A DNA stretch of 63,039 nucleotides, filler included, from 16 parts of 16 records of this genome joined end to end with filler, not necessarily neighbours in it; one strand, 5' to 3'; counted from the first letter of the whole stretch, positions 24,373 through 37,147 are shown. The notes: generated by a model from the sequence alone, not told the origin. Numbers and translations: made by a program.

Positions 24373-27183
24373 GGATTAATGAGTGTGCATCTGGGAATGC
24401 CCAGTGCTCAGGCTCGTCTGTCTGTCAGGATCTCATGCAAGGCTATGCTTGCGTGTGCCTGCCAGGTTTTGGTGGCCCATCTTGTGAAGGTATCATCACT
24501 GGGGTTTTCGTCCGTGATCTTGATCCAATGATTTTTTGGGGGAAACTATGAGCTTCACTCTTCTTATTGTTCTGACACTTTGAACGAAAACCTCCGCTTT
24601 ATTTTTGTCCATGAATTTTGTCTCTGGATACTTGCTGTGTGTAGTTTATTCCCTTGGGGGGGGTTTCGAGAAGCGAGATGAAGGCTCGATGGTAATTACC
24701 CCAACTTCCCGAAAGTTCTCAATCTTCCTTCACTTTTATTGACCATTTCGCGCACTATCCCTATTCTACAAACAATCCTGAGAAACATTATCAAGCTTAT
24801 GAGCTGAGCATGGATAAATTCGAACGACCATCAGAAAGCTTGTAAAAATTCGAGAATCTCCGAGGCGATTTCTTCTAGAAATAATATAACTAAGCTCGAA
24901 CATTGCCAAAATCAGACATCAAAATCGCAAAAGCACGATTGGACATGCATGCGTGTATGCAAGGTCATGGGGTCAGAACCTGAAGAAAGAAGAAGTCAGT
25001 ACAGTGTCACTGGAGATATGATTCATAAATTCATCACGACCCCCTTCTACTACATATGCCCCTCGAAACACAGACTTGTATTGCACAACAGGAACAGCCC
25101 GAACCCGTTACTTTTCCGATACAGCGAGCTATAATTATACCCCTCCGTTACAGGACTTTTTGGTGATGGTTGAGCTGAATTCCCCGAATGCATCTTGTTA
25201 TTTTCTAAGGAGGACGTCCTCTCGACAAGACAAGTGAGAGATATTATTGAGGAATTTCCTTCAATCCGAGAGTCCATCAATCATACTCGCCTGTTTGCTA
25301 ATCATTAATCATTGTTTGTGGTTCCAATAAGTTATTTTGCAAATATTTCACCTCTTGAGAAATCCGGATTGTTTTTTTTTGTTTTTTTTCGATGCGGTTA
25401 TTTGAATAGCGTGGAAATGAATCCCCCCCAAATTGGATTCGAACTGACTGTTCATTCAGACATTTGTGTCGGAATGAAATGATTCACGCGTTCTCTGAAG
25501 AGACCAGGAATTGGAACCGCACCGATGCTTCTTCCTTTCTCTCAGAAATAGCTATTTTCTCACCTGGTTGCAACAGGTTGCAACACTCTCGGAATTCTCA
25601 CGTGCCGCACTCGTAGGGTACTCGAGCCTTCGTGAGCTTAGAACCCCGTGATTGTTTTCACTTTGAGCCTCCGAAAATCTCATGAAAATCTGTCAAAATC
25701 TCCCAAAGTGAATAAAAACAAATTCCTCGTATGCTAACGTGCCCATGTTTTTCCTGGGCAAGTTTTGTGGTTTGGTTTTCAAGCAGTGCATTTGTCTGAC
25801 GACGCGCACACATTCATGATCTCCGATGTTCTATGAATCAATGCAGATCTAGATGAATGTCTCCTCGAGCCTTGCTCGCCCTTTGCGGAATGCGTGAACA
25901 ATGGCGGCAGCTTCTGGTGCGAATGCCCAAGTGGTTTCTCAACCACAGATGGCGGGATTACCTGTCTAGGTATGTGATCAAAGGAGACAACGGACTCATC
26001 AAAAATCTTGGATTATGAATGTTCGCTGTAAGTATCACATAGTACAGCTCATCGGATCCGTTTGCGTGGGAGGGAATTGAATTCACGAACGAATATCGTT
26101 TTGTACCTTTCCGGTGAGATTCAAACTCCACTGCAATGAAGATAAATCAACCCTTCGATGGACTGGATGAAATTGACCATATTGTGTCTCGCTTCTGTAT
26201 AGATGATGACGAGTGTGAGGAGAGCCATCCGCTGTTTGAGCGGTGTGCGCATAGCTGTGTCAACACCCCTGGCAGCTTCGTGTGCCCGTGTCGTGCTGGA
26301 TATGTCTCTCAGGATGACGGCGTCACATGCGAAGGTCAGTCGGCCGCCTAGAAAAGAGGGGTTGTCTGGGGTGAGGTGAATGTAATTCCTTGAAATAAAG
26401 CCCACCCAAATCGCGTACAAATCCACGGCTTTATTTCAAGGAAATATGGTACCTTGTAGAACTCACGGCTGTATAATCGGAGAACTCACGGCTGTATAAT
26501 CGGCGCGTCAAAATCGACAAAGTCTCAGCCCTTATTGGGTCAAACTTTATTTATTTATTTTTGGTCTGCTGGGGTCATTTCAGGGTGAATCACTATAATT
26601 ATCGGCAAATGTTTTCTAGAGATAAGGTTGTATATTCCTTCCACGTTTGTACCGAAACGCGAAATGCGAAAATGACAGTTCCTCATCGGAAATGACGTGA
26701 GTTTGCATCAATTTCTTTGAGATAGACTACAAGAATAGTGGAGTCTCGTTCCCAAAAATCCATAGCCAGACGCCCGAAGAGAATTGAACGTGTTTTGCCA
26801 GAGATTTTTTTTTTTTTCCCAGTTGACCCCTTTTTTCGAGTCAGCCCCCCAATTTGTGCACACATTCACCCTCGCTCCCCTTCATTCCGTTACCCGTATA
26901 TCTCCTCCTGGAGTCCATCTTTTGTGCTGGAATCTTTGGCCACAGAATGGTGCATGTATGCATGATGGCCATGAATAACTGACGCTCTTTTCTGATGATG
27001 GCTGTGTAGATGAGGATGAATGCATCAAACAGCATGACAACTGCGATAGGCAGGGCGGGGTATGCACGAACACAGTGGGCAGCTTCCACTGCGCATGCAA
27101 GAATGGCTACTTTGGCACAGGCGTGCTCTGTCTGAAGCGCAACCCTCAGATCTGCTTCCTCGGGCCTGATGACATCCCTCATT
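24373..27183 (+). CDS. Calcium-binding EGF repeat extracellular protein (internal exons 24373-24489, 25847-25969, 26203-26334, 27010-27183)
   Basis: Each exon encodes one six-Cys EGF_CA module (INEC, LDEC, DDEC, EDEC ... CxNxxGSFxCxC). All introns are phase 1. Confidence 0.9.
26386..26443. repeat. Perfect 17-bp inverted repeat with 24-nt spacer (MITE-like)
   Basis: TTCCTTGAAATAAAGCC ... GGCTTTATTTCAAGGAA. Confidence 0.85.
26458..26503. repeat. Perfect 23-bp tandem duplication
   Basis: AGAACTCACGGCTGTATAATCGG x2. Confidence 0.95.
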
Positions 27184-27321
27184 GTATGTAGCCAAGGGTC
27201 AACCACTCCCGAAGTTCCGGTNNNNNNNNNNNNNNNNNNNNNNNNNNNNNNNNNNNNNNNNNNNNTTAATTAATTAANNNNNNNNNNNNNNNNNNNNNNN
27301 NNNNNNNNNNNNNNNNNNNNN

Positions 27322-28202
27322 AAGGGAGAATACAGGCTGGGACCCTGTGCATTTCCAGCCTACTGATGTGAGGAATCCTGATAAAAACTCCAATTTCCCG
27401 AGCTGAATGAAAATGATCGATGTATCCAAGAAATGAAGATCGGATATGTTTTTTTCATTTGATTTGGATCGTGTCGTCCACAAAAGCTTGATATGATCCA
27501 TACAGGAGTGAAAGACAAAGGGAGAGCAATGCGGAAGAACAAACGATCTGTGAATTTCTCGATCAAGGTTGGGTTGTGACGTACTCTAGTTTGATTTCAG
27601 CAGGTTGATAGAACTCCACACCAATAGATCTGGCGAACTGCTTCAAGAATGGGTAAACATCTGATGCTAGAAAGGATCTTTCATTCACGAGTCCAGTGAA
27701 TGAAGCAGGCAGAGAGAGAATGATAGAAGGCAGCTCGTTTAATGGATATTGTGCATCAATATAGCCATTAAGAGCACGTCCCACTAGGATCAGCGAAAGA
27801 GAGCAAGATGAGATTTGGGGGAAAAGCAAAATTTTAGGAAATGAAGAACACCTACGTAATTGATCAGAGATGCTTGATTGTTTTTCATCAGGGAGCATGC
27901 TTAATGACTCATTCCAAAATTCTCTCCAGACTGCCCGAGCTGCGCGCGGAACAGACCAATCATTCTCGTCAAGAGAGTCATTCCCTGCCAGAAAACGCTC
28001 AGAATCGAGGAGAAACCAGCAAGTATTAAATATTTACCATCCATTTCTAAAAGAAAACTAATCAAGGTCACGAAATGAATGACCAGCAAGAGGAACAAGT
28101 GTGGTGTAAATTAAGCAACCTTCAAAAATTGCCATGTGTTTCCTTTTTTGAAAAGTGTAAACCGTGGAAAGCGACAAGGTCTTTTCTCAAAGAATGATCC
28201 AT
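27322..28202 (-). CDS. N-terminal exons of a protein with a DUF4062-like (NWD1/TEP1/NPHP3-type) domain; boundaries approximate
   Basis: SFTGLVNERSFLASDVYPFLKQFARSIGVEF resembles the SSTFxDxxxERxxLxxxVYPxLxxxCxxxGxEF signature. Confidence 0.55.
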
Positions 28203-28519
28203 CGATTCATCATATTGAGTGGATTTTGTCAAAATATCTCGACTCCACCTGGAGTCATGAATGAATGAGAGTTCTAGGAAAGGGTTCCATAGATCGCCGG
28301 AGAAAGTAAAAGAACGGGGCACAAAATCTTCTTTTTGATCGGGGAGGGAAGTTTAGGAGGGAAAATCTCTTTCCTCTTTCTTTCTCGCGATTGATAGCGA
28401 CATTTCGCTGAAAAGCTTTCACATTTCTCAGCTCGAGTGCTTTGCTTTCAGTCGCGTTTCGCTGTGTCATATCCCAGTAGGCGCATTTGGCCTGATTCTG
28501 CCCTTCTGAAATCAGCACG

Positions 28520-31500
28520 ATGAGAGGCCTGAGTCGCAATTCGCTCTCTCAGCCGCGATTATTCTCTTCTGAGGGGTCTCTACGACCGTCTGGCATTCGC
28601 CTGCTTCGACAATATCTGTCGAATCCAACCTTTCGGAATGATCTTTTCTCCATCACTCGCTTGCCCTCAGCGCTATTCTCCACGCTTTCATTCGGAGGAC
28701 GGCGGCAAATCGATTCAGCCACTCGAGTGACATTTTCTCGCGCCTTGCACTCGGCTCGACCTCTTACTCACCAATGTCCTCATTGCACCTATAAGGGGAA
28801 AAGGCTCGAATCACTTGAGCAGCACATGAGCATGGCCCATGCCACTCCTGTGAACACACTGACAACGCCATTTCGTGATCCCTCTTCCCCTCCAACCAAC
28901 GCACGAGTCGAAAGCTCTGCTTCTTCACAGCACTGCATGTATTGTGACTATTCCGCTCCTGAACAAAGTCGCGTCGACAGACACATCATCGCTTGTCACA
29001 GCCATCCGGCTCCATATCGGTGTGTGTTTTGTCCATTTGAGGCATCAGAGAAGGGCGCACTCGCAACACATATTGCATCCATGCATGACCCTACGGCACG
29101 CTATGAGCCCATACACCCATGTATGTATTGCACCCATATTGCAGCCGACTTGGATGATTTGGACTTTCATGAGAGCACGGTTCACGAATTACCTCCCTTC
29201 GAGTGTGTCATCTGTGGCTTCATGACTATCTCCAAGTCCCATCTTGCCAATCACATGACCACTCTCCATGACCATGCTCATCCCTTTCGATGCTCTCAGT
29301 GCTCGTATTGTGCCTCTACAAAGCTACATCTGGATCAACATGTCATCCAGACCCACTCATCTTCCTCTTCTACGGTTCTACAACAATGTGACTTTTGTGA
29401 CTATAAATCCTCCAATCGCCACCATTTCATCAAACACATTACCAGTGCTCACAGTTTTCCCCCCTATGCCTGCGTCTATTGTGACTATTCTACGCCTCTC
29501 AAGAGGCGATTGGCGGTTCACATCAAAATGAACCACAATGATCCGGCGAACCCATATAGTTGTTATCAATGCAATTTCAAAACCTCGCAAAGAGATCTGC
29601 TGGATCAACATACCAAATCAGAGCATAATAAGCCAAAACCTGCTGGCGACACGATATCTTCATCAGCACTTGAATCAGTTGAGTCACTTCCGCTTTCCAC
29701 ACCTGCCCCTGCAGTTATCGCTATCATGGATGCTTTGATTGGACCGATCCAGTTCCCACCGGTTCCAATGTGTATCGATCCATCACCGCTTTTCAAACCC
29801 ATTCCCATATTTATTCATGCCAGACTTGAACAATCAAACAGTCAAGAACACTCGCATCCTTCATTAAATATGGACACACCTCCCACATCCATTGATGATA
29901 CCCAGGATCACTTCCATTTCCACCCTCCATCCCCTTATACACCTCACCCTCTTTTACCACTCTACTCGAAACCTCCAGTGTTACTTTTATCCGACACGAA
30001 ACCCGAGCAAATTTTACTTTTGCAACCTTTACATGTTCCCCCACCGCCTGCTCCTCCTGCCACTACCACTCCCATTGATGATGAGGTCTTTTGCAACCAT
30101 CGTCGTCAGGCATTTGCCACTGGCCCTTCCACACAATTATGGAGCCAAAAGCAGCCCTTCCAATGCCCGCTCTGCTCATACAAGAACACTAGTTTCCTCG
30201 TGATGGATACACACATGTCGGAAACACATCACCTCAGAAGATGCTACATGTGCCTGTATTGTAACCATATTGAAGCGTTGGAACAGGATCTTGAAAACCA
30301 CGTGCAAAGCACCCATACCTCTGCACCCTACACATGCTTCCTTTGCAATTACACTGCACCCGATCGAGACCATCTCATGCATCACATGATGTTCATCCAT
30401 GATCGATCTCAGCCGTATCAATGTACACAGCCCGGATGCGATTTCAAATCCCAGTTCCGAGAGGGACTCGATAACCATGTGGTATATATGGAGCGAACTC
30501 ATCAGAAATTACTGAATTCTCGGCCTGACAATCCATCATCTTCCTCATCATCATCATGTTCTTGTCCATATTGCGACTATACAGTCACTGATCAAGCTGA
30601 GAACTCCACATCCCTGACTGATCATATCACAAGCGCACATCACACTCCGCCCTTTCAATGTGTTTATTGTGATTTTGTTAGCACCCAGAGCCGAGAAGAA
30701 CTTGGTCACCACATTGCATCCTTACATCACCCTACAGAACCATACACATGCTTCCAATGCGATTTCCGAAGCCCGGATCGCGCCAAACTCACCGCACATC
30801 TCAACTCCAAGCATCGCGCGATTTTCACATGCGCATACTGCAGCCAGCGTTTCCTAAACCAGAACGATCTAGATCAGCATGTCACCGCTGCACATGGTGC
30901 TTCAGCTCCCTATCGATGCTCCCATTGCCCCGAGCAGAGCAGTACTCTCGATGCACTCGCGTTCCATATGACCAGCGCGCACGCCCAGATGTATCGCATT
31001 CTCAAGTGCCCTCTGTGTGACTTCTCCACCAGGAGGCGCTACGAGTACAAGGCACATATCTTTGAGAAACACTCAAACACGCGCTCCCTCCTGCGAGTAA
31101 GACGTTGTGTCCTGTTTGAATATCTGGACCTTCTATTCGTTTATAATAATTATTGTTTTTGTCTTTATTTTCAGTGAGCACTTTTTTCAGTGAGAACCTC
31201 ACCGGGAGTGGGGGTGGGGGGAATATTTTGGCTTGATTTTCCCTTCCTTGACATCCTCTTCATTCAAAAGATGGAGATGGTGTGTCGCGGGTTGTCGTGA
31301 TGATTGTGGATGATGGGACCGTGATATTTGCTTGTTGCATTTCTTGTATTTCAGCCTGTCAACAAAGAAGATGTTTTTTTTTGTTGATTTCTCCTTTTTT
31401 GCTTCTTTGCTTTTTGTTTTATTTCTAGAGTATGGAAGTTCTTTTTTCCACTCTTCTTTCATTGAATCTTCGTTTTTTCTCCGTTCGAGGCACTTACCGC

Positions 31501-33318
31501 TTCTGTCCATCTCTCTTCCATCCTTCTCTTTCTTTTCTCTCTGAACCCTAGGGTGCGCCTGTGATCTCCGGTTCTCTTGCCTCAGGTGTTGTCACATTGA
31601 ATCCGTCACCCCAGAAATCGCCCAAGATAGCATCCTCAACATCCACCTCAACCGCTGTGCCCACACCTCCTCCCCTCCATCCCCCCGATCTTCTCTCTTC
31701 TTCCCGGCCACCTTCATCATCATCATCATCACGACCGGTAGGGACCTCTAGCAGTAAGAAAAAGCCATCACCTGCTCATCAGCACCATCATCCGAACCAG
31801 CATCATGTGACCCACCGACCTCCAGCACGAAGCATCCCCAAGGTTTGGCACTGCGACCACTGCGACCTGAAGTTCACTGATGGCCCTGAGCTGACCAAGC
31901 ACATGCTCTCGGTCTATGAAACCTACTTGAACGACGTGCATCATCAGTACTACCAGGACATTCAGAAGCAGAAGCACAACTATCAGATATTGCAGCGCCA
32001 GTATCAGGATCATGAACAACAAAAGCAACAGCAAGAACATGATATTGATCCTCGCACGGCTAAATCGAGCGCTCCTACCAACGTTTCCTCCTCCTTTTTC
32101 TCACCTTCATTCCCACCACTCCCACCCACTGTCCCGCCGCCACCTCTCATTGTGATCCGCACGGATGCTAGCGATAAGGGTTGGGGTGCGACGCTGAGCT
32201 ATTCTGGCACGCAAATGCTGGAAATATGGGGTGCATTGCCGCCCATTGCAGACTGCTCTGTGACTGCCGAGCTCTTTGCGATCAAGATGGCCTTGCTGAG
32301 TTTCCAGCCCTTCCTTTCGCATCGCAATGCTCTGCTTCTGACCGATGCCATGGGTGCGGGGCAGTGCATTTTCCGAGGCGCAAGCAAATCGGCCAATGTG
32401 GATGTAGAGCAGTTGGCCAGGGAAATCCGCTGGATGATTCAGCGCGATAACCTCGATTTGACCATCAAGTGGATCCCGAGAGAGATGAACACGGTGGCTG
32501 ACCGCTTGTCACGTGCCAAGGACATGAGTAATGCTGCATCTGTGCACTGGTGTGAGCGGCTGGAATCCGCCTGGGGGGAGTGGACATTTGCCAGATTGGC
32601 CGATAATGACTCCATTATATCACAGCGCTGGTTCAAAACCGTGGATACCATGTTTGGGCCTCACACCAAGCACCGTTTGTGGGAATTTGTAGGCGAGGAA
32701 AATTCATCAGTGAACAATACCACCCAGAAATCATACACTACAGACTTGAACTTGAATCCTACAGACATTAGTAGTAACTCCCCGACCGCAACAATACCAA
32801 AGAATGAACTTGGGGAGAAGGATACAATGAATAATAACACCAGTCCTAGTCAGAACACTACTGCACCGGATTCGGACTTGAATGAGAGCTGGGCGGGCGA
32901 GAACAACTACATCCACACGGACCTCACTCGCATGGACGCCATCTTGCGGCACGTTATTACATGCAAGGCCGAGGCCACCATCATCGTGCCTGCCATGCCG
33001 GACCAGAAATGGTGGGAGCTACTCGTGCAACTTGATGGGAAACATCTTTATGGTAGCGGTGAGGGTAGTGTGGGTGGTCAGCAGTGGCGAGAGTGGGTAG
33101 TGGAAGCAGTCGAGCTGCCCTATGAACCTGAGATGCACCTTCGTGGGTTTGGCAAATGCAACAATCTTGCGGGAGATGGGCAAGCACAACAATCTGATCA
33201 GTCACACTCTGATCCCCCGCTCAGACTATTTGCTCTGAAATTGCGAGGTGATAAGTTTGATAACTCCGTCCCAGCCAAGCGTTCCTTCTCATCTGTATTT
33301 TTCAACTGGTTCTGGTGA
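28520..33318 (+). CDS. Two-exon gene (28520-31096 + 31552-33318, ~1447 aa): presequence-like N-terminus, ~19 C2H2 zinc fingers, DIRS-type RNase H, degenerate DIRS MT-like domain
   Basis: 19 CxxC...HxxxxH repeats in exon 1. Phase-0 donor CGA|GTAAGA and polypyrimidine-CCCTAG|GGT acceptor join the two ORFs in frame. RNase H motifs TDASDKGWG, AELFAI, LLTDA, WIPREMNTVADRLSR. Confidence 0.8.
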
Positions 33319-35096
33319 GATTTGTGAGAGGGAGATTCTATCTATATACACTCCCGATTCATTGCACATATCGAACACCTGCATCCCAATATCGATCTAT
33401 CGAGGCCAATACCTGTCATGTCAAGAACTCATATATCCCCATATTCCATCTCTTAAACACATGATACCCAAATACCCATACCCATCTCTCCATGCATCGA
33501 CATATCCACTCTTATTTTTCTCATCAAGATGATGCCATCAGATTGTATCAGTTTCAGATATTTATAGACCCACCTACAGAATCAAACATCCACATCCACC
33601 CCAGCTTCCTCCAATCTCGCAGTCCTCGTTTCACCACATAATTATTTATGATATCCCCTTTCGCATTTCTTACACACCTGTCTGCGATTAAGGATCATGT
33701 TTTTCTCTGTTTTCCCTCATAAATGCTGTATTTTCACACATTTGGTTCACCGTAAATCAAAACCGACCTTAGTTGAAACTCTCCCTCGGGTGGTCGGGTT
33801 TGATTTGCGGAGATTCATTCTCCTTTTCTTGTGCAAGCTGTCTTTATTGCTTGTTTGTGTCCCTGTATTTTCGATTTTTTGTTCTGTTTTGTTTGCGCGA
33901 GTATTTTTTATTTTCTCGTGAGATTTTTCATATTTTTTCTTGTTCATTTGTCGTTTTCTTCATCGACGCCTGTCACATCACATCTTGCACCGCCTACCCG
34001 CTCCTATTTCCTCTAATTTTTCCCTGGATTTTCTTGCTCATTCTCCGGACTCTTTTTTTTTTCCTTTCTGGACCTACGGACCTTGACATTTCTCTTGTCT
34101 TTTCTTTCTGAATATGATTCCATATATGGACAGTGAGAGAGGGGGCCGCAATCACACTAAAACGCCTGAAATGGGGAGGTTCTTAACCTGAGAAGGGTCT
34201 TAAAACCGCTTCACGCAGAAGTGTCAGTAAACCCTCTATTTTGTGTGCAGCCGTATCATTTTTTGTTTTGTGTTGTTCGATTTTTGTTTTTTCCACCCTC
34301 ATATTTCGACCGTGTCTTTGTTCATAACCAAATAAATCTGAACCTCTTTTCATCCATCATGCTCTTTCCATCGATTGTTTCTATTCGTTTGCTATTCTAG
34401 TTATTTTCTTCCCTGCTTAATTCATAATATCGACGGTCGTAGAATCGGATTGTTTCTGATTTCCAGTTTTTTTTGATAACATGGATGTGTTCTGTCTCGG
34501 ATAGTTCTGGTTCAGAACTCGTTGGTGAATCGCAACGCTAGAGTGCTAAACATGAAAGTACGAAAGTATGTAGCAAATTGTGGAGAAGTCATCGAGGGTC
34601 TGCATCCCCTGTCTCGATCACGAATGATAATGAGTGATAAAGAGCTGATAAAGAAGTAGTATAGGGGGGCACTTGGGGCAGTCTNNNNNNNNNNNNNNNN
34701 NNNNNNNNNNNNNNNNNNNNNNNNNNNNTTAATTAATTAANNNNNNNNNNNNNNNNNNNNNNNNNNNNNNNNNNNNNNNNNNNNATTCTTATTTCATTGC
34801 GGCTGAACGAACGAAATGAGTGAAAAGAGAAGAGAAAACCAAAGGACCTCCCACCAAATTAAACCGGGGTTTAACGCTCAGCTCGCCCTGATTTTCTCTA
34901 TTTTTTTCTTCCCCTCAACGAGTTCTTAGTTCATCCGTCTGCCTTTCCATCCTGTCTTTCGTAATCTACCATTTGGTTTCCCTCCGAATAACCACCTATT
35001 TTAGTATGTATGGGTTCTATCTGTGTAACATACTAACGCTGGCTTTGTATTTTTCTGTTTTCCCGCTCTTTTTCTTCTCAGTGGCTGTCGCACATC

Positions 35097-37147
35097 ATGC
35101 TGCACTGCCCAGCGGAATTGATTCGCAAAATATTTTCGCACTTTCTCGACGCTACTATTGGGTGCATCCAACCCGAAAACGAGGATGTATTGAATCTCGA
35201 GGCCGACGCGTTCCTTGCCACCCGTGCGCGCTTCAGCACTAGTCTTGGCAATGACAGTGCAGACACAGTGATGGCTAGTGATAACGAGTCCAGTTCTGGT
35301 GTGGACTTTGACGACATCGGGGACCGCATGTCTGTAAGCAGCGATGGCGAAAACGTTGCGAGCGATATCGAGATGCAGAATCCAGCCGAAGAACCCCGTG
35401 GTAGTAATAATAATATTGACACCTTGCAACAACAGCAGGGGATGCCGACAGTTCCCGCACCGCACAACACACCCACTGAAAGAGATGATAAGGGCAGAAG
35501 AAGATCATCGCCTGACACTGCCTTTGATGATGATGACGCGCCAGCGAGTAGCAGAAAGCAGGCCGCCGCTAGAAGGTATCTGTTCATGATGTGCCTTTGT
35601 ATTTGTTCGTAGGACCTTCTCACATTCCTCCGAAGATGAAGAGATAAGCAGAATGACCATTTATTCCATCTTCCATCTTCGAGAACAATTTACACAATGT
35701 GAGGAGAGAACATGAGGGCAAGCAAGTCCTCCCTTCGTTTTGTGATGTCATTGTCTTACGTCTTTTTTTCTATTCATTTTCCCATGGACCTCTCGTTCGC
35801 CTATGTATCTATCCACCTTTTATGCACAATCCCTGCGTCTTTTGTTTTTGACTGAAATTGTCTATCTGCCCTGCTCTCTTTTCTCTCTCTCTCCCGCCCT
35901 CTCTCTCTCTCTCCTCCTCCTCTCTATTTACCTCCTTTCCTGTGTACTCAGAGCGCGCAGACATTCCACAGTGTCCAACACCGTGCTGGGCCGCTTTTTG
36001 GATGTGTATCTGCATGCCTTACCAGATTCCATACCGTACCTGCGCTTTGCCCAACAATACTTTGAGATGCTGCGCATGATGGCTTCGCGGAGTACTGCCA
36101 TCCGGAAATTCCTCATTGCCCGGAATGTAAGCGTCGAGAGAGGAAAATGGGTTTAAAATAGTCTTATTATTGCCTTTCTTGTTGGTTTTTCGTGATTATC
36201 TCGAAAAGATTCAACCTAACACACTTCGCTTCAGATCGAACGGGAGGCAACTCAATACCGCGAGTAGTATTCTGTCATATTTTTTTTATAAAAAAAACAT
36301 TACATGCATGAACTTTCTTCCATCCGTCGCGTGGGTGTGGCTTGGGAATTTGGAGAGAATATACTCTTGTTATGCATGTGCGCAATCGATGATCAACATT
36401 TCTATTCTTGGTGCCGTTTCTGTTATTGTTCAGTCACTCATCATTTTTATTTATTTATTTGTTTTTCCTCTAGATTCTTCCTTCGCTGGTTGAGCTGTAT
36501 CTCGGCGAGGATCTATCCAGCCGGGCCGTGAGGTCCCAGCCCAAGAAGAAGACCAAGCTTGGGGACAAGGAAAAAGCCGCCCTGCCGAATTTCTCGAGCA
36601 TGTTCTCGCTGCTATCCATACTGCTCCGATACGCCCGCTTCCCGGACTCGGACTCGGACATCGAAACTCAGGCCCATTTCGGCCAACCAGAATCAGTACG
36701 GACTATACATAGTATCCATTTGTTTCCTCCCGCTGTGCAGCAACGCAGAAAGCCGTTCATATTCTTCGCAGTTGTTTGAGATGAAATACAAGCTCAAATT
36801 CAGTAAATTGTCTGTTTGGATTCTTCAGGCGGGGTGGGCTGGGCTGTAGGGGTGTCTGTGTAATTTTCATTTTTCCCCCTCTCATATTCTTCTCCATGGA
36901 TACGACGTTGCTCTTATATTTGGAATATTTTTTGTCCGCAATGTTTGTTTGTTGTTTGCAGGAGCTTAGAGAGTACACGCTGAGCGCCGAGGACACTGTA
37001 CTCATGCACAGCCGGTTCTTGCAACGCATGCTCATAGATGGAGTCAATGCCGAAGCGAACGCCGAGATTCTATCATACTGCTGCAGAGATAATCCGCAGA
37101 ATAACAACAAAGTGCTCATCGCCCTGCAGACCTGTCTCAAGAATGAG
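35097..37147 (+). CDS. Internal exons of a large helical protein, possibly the C-terminal region of a USP9X/24/34-like deubiquitinase
   Basis: Spliced exons including FAQQYFEMLRMMA...LVELYLGED...PNFSSMFSLLSILLR and AEILSYCCRDN. Family resemblance is recalled, not searched. Confidence 0.4.

Noticed and set aside
31561-33318. Autonomous DIRS retrotransposon
   Set aside because: No gag, RT, tyrosine recombinase or terminal repeats, and the ORF begins at a good in-frame splice acceptor.
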